Made by a program: the position numbers and the translations under genes. Below, one piece after another: positions 52,680 through 64,000 of a DNA stretch of 64,000 nucleotides. The stretch's first letter is position 1. Each line of letters begins with the position of its first letter. Source of the stretch: Octopus vulgaris (taxonomy: Eukaryota); the NCBI GenBank assembly GCA_951406725.2, contig OX597815.1, positions 126,170,001 through 126,234,000 of the forward strand, given 5' to 3'. The notes beneath the pieces are model-generated. The model saw nothing but the letters and a program-made list of their open reading frames with translations. It did no database searches and had not been told where the DNA came from.

Positions 52680-53850
52680 GGGTGGCTGTTAATGTCCCAC
52701 TGGTCTGGAAGGGGTTTGCATCGTTTCATATTTAAGTGAGACGATTGACTTCCGAAATTATCACGGAATTTCCCTATATAAAACAGTCGAGAGGCATCTT
52801 ACTGACTATAGACACAAGATTCTCAATCGATTGATGGAGAAAATCTTAGTGGCTCTACCGAAAATTCAAAGTTGGTTCAGACATGGAAGAAATACCGTGG
52901 ATATAGGGTTCTGTCATCGTCAGACCCACGAGAAATATGTTGAAAGGGAGTAGACACTCGATGTTGCCTGCGTTGGCCTAACGATAGTATTCTACACAGT
53001 AAACCGGTCGGGTCTTAACAGATACTAAGAATGTTGACCTGTCTAGAAAGGTTTACTCATGTGATCAAATTCCAACGTACTTTTATGAAAGCTCGGGTTA
53101 TGCAGTTTAATCTCAGCTCTACATGGTTCGATTTTATAGTGGGAGTCGAGCAGCACAGTTTGCTAGCGTCGTTATAATATTTACTTTATCAGCGATGCTC
53201 GAGGAGGAGTTTTGAAAGTGTATATACATAAACAAGTTCTTATGCTAATGTGTTTAAAGTGTTGCACTCCAAAGCTAAGACTGAGGCCATACTCGGGTTA
53301 AGGACTTAAGTAGTAGAATCTGACACCGTCATTATAGAAAAGTTATAGCTGGTAGAGAGAAGGAAACCACCTAACCTATCTGTGAAAGACAATCAATAAT
53401 GATGGTGGGCTCAGTTACAAATTAGATTTCTAAGTAAGCAAGCTCAGTTCAGCATTCAGAAGGTTAAGAGGAATAACTAGAAAACAACAAGCACATTACG
53501 GTCCAAGTGAAGTGCAAAATATATCGGGAAATACTTTCATTTACTCATTTATACGGATCGAATGCATAGATATCATATTGTAAGCAGTTAACAAAAAATC
53601 ATGCATTCGTAAGGAAATAACTGACATAGATAATAAAAACCAACTGGAAACACAAGATTTGGGACACCTTCGTCATAGAAAAGGCCAAGTTCTTTACCAA
53701 GAAGTGGGTATTAGGGTGGTGAAACCTCCGTTGGCTTGACTATGTCCAAAGAATATAGAGAAATTAGTTACTGAGATAAATGCTGTATTTGCAGCTGCCT
53801 AACGGTACAAGAAATGAGGGTACACCTCTGCAGAGAGACAAGGATCTGGT
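52680..53850 (+). mobile_element. Old RTE/BovB-like LINE remnant
   Basis: NYHGIS, FRHGRNTVD..RQTHEKYVE, and gaacctccgttggcttgactatgtc (LRWLDYV); heavily decayed. Confidence 0.6.
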
Positions 53851-54678
53851 TATACGCAACACGGGGTGATTAAATATTGATACACACGGATGGACGACAA
53901 CAGCTCAGGACAGAGACCCATGAAAGAGGGTGAATGCTGTTTGATACCATTATTCGTGATTTTATATAAATGGATAGTCATCGTCGATATCGACGGACAT
54001 CCTGTAATGATGATGATAGGAAAGGAATATTCACAAACGTATTCACAAACACCCACAATTCACACATTCAACAATACATCCGTCTACCCCCCCCCCCCCC
54101 CACTACATCCACCCACTCACGCAATTACAGATATAAATAAGCAAACACAAGAGACAAAACTACATAAACAAATAAACAGTGTGTAAATACACATACACAT
54201 GCTTACACACAGTCACGCACACCCGCAACACACACACATGCACGCACGCACACACTCTCATATATACAAATAATACAGAGAAACACAGATCTACTGTAGC
54301 TTATGTAAAAACACGCAAATACTTTGCCTCAGTGATTTGTTGGTATTGTTACTATTAATGTTGTTGTTGTTGTTGTGGTGGTGGTGTGGTTGTAGCTTTT
54401 GTTCTGGTCAATATTCATATTGTTGACTCTCCTGGGAAACCATCGATCGAAATCTATCTAGTCGGGGTCACCCATTATTTGTTGTAACCATGGAAGACAT
54501 TTTGTTTTAAAGGCAGGAAAATATTCGGTTACGCTTGACTGAATAATAGTTTATCGTTGCTTTTGTAGTTGGTCTATTTTTGTTATTTTTGTCTTTGCTG
54601 CTGTTGTTATTACTGTAGTTCCTCTGCTTGCAAGCACTTCAGTCGTGACCATTCTGTCATTTACTATATTATGAGCAG

Positions 54679-55195
54679 TAAGGCAGCGTGCTGGTAGAAT
54701 ATTTGTCAAGCAGGACAAAATGTTTAGCGGCATTTCGTCAGTTTTTTTTATGTTCTGAGTTCAAATTCCGCTGAAGTCGACTTTTCCTTTCTTCCTTTCG
54801 GGATTGATAAAATAAGTACCAGTTGAGTACTAGGGTCGACGTAATTCACTTACCCACTTCCACCGAAAATGCTGGTCTTGTGCAAGAATTTGATATCAAT
54901 ATACTCTAAGCAGTTTCCAATGTGTCCTTTCTTTTTAAAACTAGCTAGCTGTAATTTGATGGAATTATGGTCGATATTAAGGCGGCAAGCTGGCAGAAAC
55001 GCTAGCTCGCCGGGTGAAATGCATAGCGGTATTTCGTCTGTACATTCTGAGTTCAAATTCCGCCGAGGTCGACTTTGCCTTTCATCCTTTCGGAGTCGAT
55101 AAATTAAGTACCAATTGCGTACTGGGGTCGATCTTATCTACTGGCCCCCTCCCCAAAAATTTCGAGCATTATGCCGAGAGTAGAAAAAGGAATTA
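54679..55195 (+). mobile_element. Two family A SINEs
   Basis: Heads at 54679 and 54979 plus cores. Confidence 0.85.
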
Positions 55196-55474
55196 TGATC
55201 GATATTTATGCTCGAAGCCTCTTTGATGGAACAGACATATGATCAAAGACGTTCCAGCTGTGACCGTCCTCCTTGTTTTTCAGAGAGAGTGTACCTAGGA
55301 GAACATAATCAAGGATCCGTTCTCTTTTAAAGCTACTATGGTGTGACGTGAGGGAGACATAGTGCTATTTCTAGCATTCTTGTGCATGAGTGTAAGTGTT
55401 TAAACATGCTTGTATATGTGTGTATGTGTACGATTATGCTGAATGACATGTAAATGGGTAAAGATACTCTTCTA

Positions 55475-55670
55475 GTCTTTTACTCTTCTCTTTGTTTCAG
55501 TCATTTGACTGCGGCCATGCTGGAACACCGCTTTTAGTCGAACAAATCGACCCCATGACTTATTCTTTGTAAGCCTACTACTTATTCTATCGGTCGCTTT
55601 TACTGAACCGCTATGTTACGGGGACGTAGACACCTGCATCGGTTGTCAAGCGATGTTTGCGGGGGGCAAA

Positions 55671-55746
<76 letters not shown>

Positions 55747-56113
55747 CGACGGTCTTCTTTCGGTTTCCGTGTACCAAATCCACTCACAAGGCAGAAGATA
55801 GTTACCCAAGGTGTCATGCAGTGGGACTGAACCCAGAACCATACGGTTGGTAAGTAAGCTTCTTACCACATACCCACTCCTGCGTTACTTTTATATTTCA
55901 TTTTTTACTTGTTTCAGTCACAGAAATGCGGCCATGCTGGAGTACCACATCGGAGAGTTTAGTCAAACAAATCGACCGACCCTGGTTCATTGTCTTTTGA
56001 TTTTTTGTAAACTCTGGGACTTATTCGCCGGGTTCTTTTGCCAAACCGCTAAGTTCCGAGGACATGACTAAACCAAAACCTGTTTTCAAGGAGAAGTGGG
56101 GAATAAAACAAAC

Positions 56114-56146
<33 letters not shown>

Positions 56147-56345
56147 TATATACATACATACATACATACATACATACGTGTGCCTATGTCTGTGCACGAT
56201 ATACTTCCATACAGTTTCCCTCAACCAAATTCCCTTATAGGGCACTGTTCGGCCTGGGATTACAGTAGAGGACAGTTGCCCCAGATGTCGCACAGTGGGA
56301 TAGAATCGAAAACCACGTGGTTGCAAAGCTAACTTCTTCACAACC
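55475..56345 (-). mobile_element. Two tandem family B SINEs
   Basis: 55475-55885 well preserved; 55900-56345 degraded. Confidence 0.8.
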
Positions 56346-56775
56346 CATCCAGGACTGCATCGAAGAAATTTGATCGTATGCACAATCTAGTGCTAAAGAA
56401 GTTAATTTAGTAATCATAAGATTCCCATTTCAGCCCCATTACTTGGTTTTTTGAGTTCATGCCTTTCGTCATAAACCTTGAGCCCTGTGAACAAAATTGA
56501 ATAATCGGAAACTGCGTTGAAACCTCTCGGATCAACTGTAGTTATACTTCAAAGGGCCGATCTTGTAAGACACGTAGTCACACTGGTTCTATCTGAGAAT
56601 AACGCGAGGGATACAACTCTCTAATAAATAATCAGCCATTTCAATGAATCGGCTATTCAGATGAGCGAAGAGCTGAAATACTCATGGTCAAAACCAGCGG
56701 ATATCCATTTGTGTATATTTATGTATATTTATACATTTAAGGTAGCAATCTGTGTACATGAGTATGTGCGTGTGC

Positions 56776-56806
<31 letters not shown>

Positions 56807-57089
56807 GAGGGGAGAGAGAGAGAGAGAGAGGCGGGAGAGAGAGAGAGAGAGAGAGGCGGGAGAGAGATTATATTTCGGAGTTTGTATATGTAAAAAACGA
56901 AACAGCCTGTAATAGTCTTAGAAATGAGAGTTTTATGGTTGTGTATGAATATTATTATATATGTATATGCAAGCGTGCGTGTGTGTCAGTGTGTATGCGC
57001 GCGCACACACACACACAAACACGCACGCACACACTAACACGCACGCACACACATACTCAGGTACAAAAACACACACATTTGTATATAAG

Positions 57090-57163
<74 letters not shown>

Positions 57164-57825
57164 AACACACACACACATACACACACACATACATATATAT
57201 GTATATACACAGAGGGGTGGGAAATGTGTGTGAGTGTGTGACTGAGAAGGAGAGGAAGAGAGACAGACAGACAGTAAGCTCATTTTTGAAATTAATTATG
57301 TAAATCATCATAGGCCATAGATGTTCTCTACTGCTTTTGTATATGTCTAATGCATACATCTGCTAAAGGGCCACAGCTGTGCCGACGACATCTATTGAGA
57401 CAGAAACACGTGCTGCATTAGTCCACTTCACTCCAGGAACAAAAAATTTAAAAAAATTATCTTTTATATATTAATCTGCCGAGAATTCTTGTTTCTTGAA
57501 ATTATCTCTCCTACACTTTCGGCGTCATCGCAATTTACACAAGGCGTTTGTTTACTATCTCTCTGAGAGACGATCATCATATAAATCAAGAATTTATCTT
57601 GTATTATAGTTAATATACCATTATTGTCCATGCCCACATTCAAGCCATTGACTACACAGAATAAATTTGTCTTAAGCTAGCTGGCGGAATCGTTCGCTAA
57701 TCAAATAAAATGTTTATCAGAATTTCTTCCAGCTTTACGTTCTGACTTTAAATGCCGCTGACTTTGCCTTTTATTCATTCAGGGTCGATAGAATAAGAAT
57801 TATTAAAGGTGCTGGTGTGGCTGTG

Positions 57826-58200
57826 TGGTAAAATACTTGCTTCTCAACCACATAGTTTCAAGCTCAGTCCCACTGCGTGGCACCTTCGACAAATGTCGTT
57901 TTCTATAGTATCGGTTGACCAAAGCCTTGCGAGTAGATTTCCTTGACGGAAACTGAAAGAAGCCCAACACATAAATATGTAAATATCTATGCGTATCTTT
58001 ATGTTTCTGTTTGCCCACCACTTGGCAACTGGTGTTAGTTCGTTTACGTCACCGTAAGTTAGCAGGTCGGCCAGAAGGGAATGATAGAATAATTAGCAAC
58101 CTTAAGAAATAAGTACTGGGGTTAATTTGTTTGACGAAACTTGTCAAGGCGATGTCCCAGCACAGCCGAGGTCCAATGACGGAAACAAGGGAAAGATAAA
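57826..58200 (+). mobile_element. Family B SINE, degraded
   Basis: ggtgtggctgtgtggta..cactgcgtggcacc..ggaaactgaaagaagccc. Confidence 0.75.
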
Positions 58201-58216
58201 AAAGACACACACACAC

Positions 58217-58268
<52 letters not shown>

Positions 58269-58269
58269 G

Positions 58270-58303
<34 letters not shown>

Positions 58304-58366
58304 TATTTATATACATTCATACATTCATATATATATATATTATTATCATCATCATTATCATATCAT

Positions 58367-58529
58367 ATCTGAGTTCAAAATCCGTCATGTCGACTTAGCC
58401 TTCCATCTTTTCGGCTTCGATAAACTAAGTACCAATTGCGTACTGGGGTCGATCTAATAGAATGCCCCCCCACCACCACCACCACTAACATTTCGGGCCT
58501 TGTGCTTAGAGTAGAAAATATTATTATTA

Positions 58530-58582
<53 letters not shown>

Positions 58583-58760
58583 ACTATTATTATTATTACA
58601 ATATATTATTATTATATCTGAGTTCAAATTCCGCCGAGGTCGACTTTGCCTTTTCATTCTTTTGGGTCAATAAAATAAGTACCAGTTGAACACTGGGGTC
58701 GATATATTCGACTCATCCCCACCTCCTCCCAAGCTGCCCTTGTGGCAAAAATTTGAAATA
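58367..58760 (+). mobile_element. Two 5'-truncated family A SINEs separated by (ATT)n
   Basis: tctgagttcaaa..cgacttagcc / cgactttgcc cores. Confidence 0.78.
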
Positions 58761-59733
58761 ATAATTATTATATTACACACACAAACACACATTATGTGCA
58801 TGGGTCCAAAATACCCATAAGTATATAATAGACAAAACCAAAAAGAAAGCACACACATATACCCATATGTGTGTGCGCGTATGCACGTGTATATGGACGT
58901 GTGAGTGGAGATTTTGTCTTAGTGTATGTATGCGAGTGGGTGTTCGTTTGGACGGTTCGTTTGGTCTGGTTAAACTACAGGAACTTCGTGAATACTCTTG
59001 AACATGTGAAACAGAAATGAAGAAGGAAAGAGACAAGAGAAGAGTTAGACAACAGGAATTAGAGATTGAGGAACGGCGTGGGGAGACGTCGACGACAGAA
59101 GAGATAACGGAAATGGTAGAGAGATATAGAGAGAAAAGAAAACAGAGAGGAGAAGTATCGAGAGAAAGAATGGGTAGGTGGAGCCATATTGACTAGGAGA
59201 CAAACCAGAATATACAGTGAGTAAAGATTAAAGAACTGCAGAGGACAGCGAAGAATTATAGAATGGTAGGTGCATATGCAATTAAGTCGAAATAGAAACT
59301 CAGAGAAAAGGAAATAGATGAGAGAGAGGGAGAGAGAGAGAAAGTGAGAGGGTAAAGGAGTGAAGGAGAAGAACGTAGTGAAGTGGGCGAAGTAGCACAG
59401 AGAAAAAGAGATAAAAATGGGGGCGGAGAAAAATGTAAACGAAAGAGAGAGAAGAAGGAGTGCAACAAACTCATTTGAGAGAGAACGAGAGAGAACTGCC
59501 AGATAGACAGAGAATACATAATCTGGAAAGCTGCACGTGAAGATGTGTGTGTGTGTGTGCGCGTACGTGTGAGTGTGTGTGTATGTTTGCGTTATATATA
59601 TATATATATATATATACATATGTGTGTGTACATATATATATATATATATACATACGTGTGTGTACATATATATATATATATATACATACGTGTGTGTACA
59701 TATATATATATATATATATACATACGTGTGTGT

Positions 59734-59778
<45 letters not shown>

Positions 59779-59811
59779 CACACACATATATACACTAATA
59801 CTTACTTCTGC

Positions 59812-59846
<35 letters not shown>

Positions 59847-59855
59847 CAGATAGAC

Positions 59856-59923
<68 letters not shown>

Positions 59924-60758
59924 GTTGGAAGAATAGAAAATACATGTGACAGAGAGAGAGTGGAAGTAGCAGGACGCGCGCGCGCGCGCGCGCGTGTGTG
60001 TGTGTGTACATTCACGCGCACATATTCATACTCAGTTACATTCACCTATAAATCCTATAAGGAATATCGGCAAATAAAATGAGTGGGTTTCTTTTTCGCC
60101 TTTTCATTTCCTTATTTTTCTGCATTTATTTTTTTATCATTATTATTATCTTTTTTTTTAATGTATAGATGGAATGGTTAATACTAATATTTACCACTGC
60201 AGCCGCAACCGTCGTCATATGATGTCTGAACGCGCCCCCGCTACCTCAACTCTGTGATAGGATCGGCTAAAGAGGTGTGACTATGACGAAAGCAACTACA
60301 TACAAAAGGCAGTAGCAGACCACCTGTACGCGGTCACGAGCAGTTGAGGAGGAGACCTCTAAATGGTTGCTTGACCTGTTAGAAATTGCAGCCAAATCAC
60401 CCTCGAATTACAACCTAACAGAGTCTCAAAATAAAAAGAGGAAAAACAAAATTTTAAAAAATATATATAAAATATGATGTATTGATGTATTACATAGAGT
60501 TACATACACTAGAGTTGATAAAAAGTAAATAAAGCGTGATATTCATAGTTGGAACGTCTTCTATTGCAAGTACGCTCGATCAGGCTCAGATACGGTTTTC
60601 AACAATTTCAGTAATTACTAATAATTATGATTGTTCTTCATTATTAAAATTCTTATTGTTATTTTTCTGTTTACACGGTCTTTGATGTAATTTTACATTG
60701 TGTTGACCAGTAGGGTCCTCGATCCCTTTGTAAACCCTTATTGGTTAGTGAAGAAACG

Positions 60759-60794
<36 letters not shown>

Positions 60795-60798
60795 GGTT

Positions 60799-61020
60799 AG
60801 GGCGGCGAATACTGCAGACTCGATAGCACATCGACAAAAGTGTTTAGAGACATTTCTCCTGAGTTCTTCGCGTTCTGAGTTCAACTTCCACCGAGGACGA
60901 ATTTGCTTTTCATCTTTTCGGGGTCGATAAAATAAGTACATGTTGAGCACGGGGAGCGATGTGATCAACTGATCCTACTTCCCAATAACTTCTGCGCTTG
61001 TGCCAAAATCTATAACCATC
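60799..61020 (+). mobile_element. Family A SINE, degraded
   Basis: ttctgagttcaac..ttttcggggtcgataaaataagtac. Confidence 0.7.
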
Positions 61021-61385
61021 ATGATATTTAGTGCTTATAATTGGTTATTATTATTATTGACTATGAAGGTCATCAACCGTTGTCGTTGTCATCGTCGCTT
61101 TTCTCAGTATTTTCACCGTCTGCATGAGCAGTATTGTTTATCATCGTCAGAACGACGATAATCCTCATCATCATCACCATCACCACCGAACTCATTGTCA
61201 TCCTCATCGCCGTCGTCGTCGTCGTCATCGTCATCATCATCATCATCATCATCACCGTCGTCGTCATAAATCACCATTCATGAACAGCTGGAGAAAGTGA
61301 TAGCAGCACGTACAAGTTTTGTTGTAGACAGTAGTATCAATAAAGGTGGCGACTGATCTAACAACTGATGCACGTAAATATTCAT

Positions 61386-61391
<6 letters not shown>

Positions 61392-61440
<49 letters not shown>

Positions 61441-61791
61441 AAAAATATATATATGTATATATATCGAGAGAGAGAGAGAGAGAGAGGAAGAGACAGATTT
61501 GAGCATGCCTGGATGCAGAGCACGTGCATGCATGCACACACCGACACACAAACTCTCAGTAACACACATATACGCATATGTGTGTGTGTGGTGTATGTGT
61601 GGGTATACACACACACATATATATAAGCATATATATGCATATATACATACGTATATATATATATATATATATACATACGTATATATACATACGTATATAT
61701 ATATATATATACATATATACATACGTATATATACATACGTATATATATATATATATATATATACATATATACATATATACATACGTATATA

Positions 61792-61847
<56 letters not shown>

Positions 61848-61854
61848 TACATAC

Positions 61855-61901
<47 letters not shown>

Positions 61902-61992
61902 CATATATATATATATATACATATATATACATTCATATATATATATACATATATACATACATAAAAGCATATATATATATATATATATATAT
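61392..61992. repeat. Long (TA)n/(TACATACG) compound microsatellite
   Basis: Direct reading. Confidence 0.95.
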
Positions 61993-61999
61993 GACACAC

Positions 62000-62390
62000 A
62001 GGCGCAGGAGTAACTGTGTGGCAAGAAGCTTGCTTCCCAATCACATTCTTCTGGGTTCAGTTTCACTTCGTGGCACCTTGGGCAAGTGTCTTCTACTATA
62101 GCCTCAGGCCGACCAAAACCTTGTGAGCGACGTTGGTAGACGGAATTGAAAGAAGCTCATCGTGTGTATGTGTATGTGTGTGTGTGTGTGTGTGTGTATG
62201 TGTGTGTGTACTTGTACTCCTACCATCGCTTAGCAGCCGATGTTGGTGTGTTTACGTCCTCGTAACATCGTGGTTCGGCAAAAGTGAGCAATAGAATAAG
62301 CTTACAAAGAATAACTCCTGGGGTCGATTTGTTTGACTAAAGGCGGTGCTCCAGCATGGCCACAATAAAATAATTGAAACAAAAGAATAA
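62000..62390 (+). mobile_element. Family B SINE
   Basis: ggcgcaggagtaactgtgtggcaagaagcttgcttccc head, core and tail. Confidence 0.85.
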
Positions 62391-62610
62391 AACAATATAC
62401 AAACACGCCTGCTTTCATACAAGTATGCACGCGCATATACACCCAGATATTCATATATGTATGTATGTGTGTGTGTGTGTGTGTGTGTGCGGCCACACCC
62501 CCGTAATGTTGTGAATACCCTGTTTTATTCTATTATATTTTTTCCTTATTTATTACTACATTCAATTTTCTTTGCCCTCTCTGCCACTTTTCCTTCATCG
62601 TCGTCTTGCC

Positions 62611-62673
<63 letters not shown>

Positions 62674-63648
62674 TAAATTCCCGTGTCGTCCCCGTCATCC
62701 GTTGCGCCCTGGTAGCAATCAAAGGAAATCATTGTTTTGCAATTTTGGATTATTCCTGGACATCCTGGTTTTCATCCCACTTGATCAAAGTCTGTACTTA
62801 TGGTCAGCTCCATAATTTTTCTTTTTCTTTTAACAAGCTAATTAAAAAACGAAAAAAAAGCGTAGGCTATAAGCTTGACTGAATGTGATGGCTCTGTGAA
62901 ATCGTGATGATTTGGGCGGTAGGGGGTGGAGAGAAACCCGGAAAAGAAGAAGATTATGCAGTAGACTTGTTAGATGCACTCAAGAATGAAACATGAGAAG
63001 CTTATTGTCACTACCATTACAATTACTGCTACTGTCATCACCAATTCCAACCCCTAAACCCATTTGCTGTTAATGCTACCAACGACAATGATGGTTGATG
63101 GAGTTGCTAGAAATAGGAACAAAAGCTCTTTCAAATTATATCCCCGCCCCGCTGCATTGAAATACCGCCAATAAAAAATTAATTGAATAATTAAATAAAG
63201 AACATACATTAGGTAATATAGTTCTTGATAGAGTCCCCTCCAAAAAAAAAAAAAAAGAAACAGACGGCAAGGTCATGATGGGATTTTTTTCCTATCAGAA
63301 GACTGTCCAAACAGGGTTGGCCAGTGGTTAAATGACAACAAAACAATAGTATTCTCCTAACAGCACCTCAACCACCGCCGCCGCCACCGCCACCACCATC
63401 ACCAGTGGCAACATCATCATCATCAACAACAACATCTCATTCCTATATCATCATCATTATCCTCATCTCTTCACAACTCACTCTAAGTCTGCGTCCAGGT
63501 ATATGTGTGCATGTGTGTGTGTGTGTATGTGTGCGCGCGCGTGCGCACACACGTGTGTATGTATTATTCTTTTTTGTCTACTAACATAAGGCAGGTGTTT
63601 GGAAATATTCGTTGCGAACTCAAAACGTCTACCATGTGTATATATAAC

Positions 63649-63679
<31 letters not shown>

Positions 63680-63809
63680 TGTATGTATGTATGTATGTAT
63701 GTATGTTATATATATACATATGTGTGCGTATGTATGTATCTTTAACAAGCATATATACATATAACAAAATATCCAACACGAACTTTAATAACAGAAATAA
63801 AATAATAAT

Positions 63810-63960
63810 CGTCTCAACGATAAGACCCGAAATGATTTTGAGTGGTGGTGAGTGTCTAGTCGATTACATCGACCCCAGTACTCTACTCGTACTTATTTTA
63901 TCGACCCCGAAAGGATGAATGACAAAATCTACCTTGGGAGAATTTTAACTCAGAACGGAA
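63810..63960 (-). mobile_element. Family A SINE fragment
   Basis: gattacatcgaccccagta..tttatcgaccccgaaaggatga. Confidence 0.7.
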
Positions 63961-64000
63961 GAAAAGGCGACATGCAAATGCAGGTTTTGTCAGCTCACAA

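Noticed and set aside
60169-60350. Possible exon after a polypyrimidine tract and AG
   Set aside because: All three frames reach stop codons before a convincing donor.
59059-62101. Long ORFs of 222-328 aa
   Set aside because: They are translations of (TA)/(TG)/(GATA) microsatellites that lack stop codons and show no protein-like complexity.

Overview
AT-rich, microsatellite-dense eukaryotic DNA, intergenic or intronic. The SINE families and repeat style suggest an octopus (coleoid cephalopod) genome; this is inference. I found no convincing host protein-coding exon, and most ORFs in the track are microsatellite read-throughs. The window is a mosaic of mobile elements: a young CR1 LINE, an old CR1, three RTE remnants plus one RTE with a twin-priming inversion, an R4/Dong RLE-LINE in (TAA)n, a full-length IR/DR Tc1, two mariners, Helitron pieces, Penelope-like ends with hammerhead-ribozyme motifs, and dozens of tRNA-derived SINEs. 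The most notable observation is two divergent ORF1(gag)-only retroelements (9130-11394 and about 47557-49110). Both are inserted in the same orientation at the same site between the A and B boxes of the same SINE family. This suggests a sequence-specific, non-autonomous retroelement that parasitises a SINE. All alignments were done by eye, so coordinates of degraded elements are approximate.
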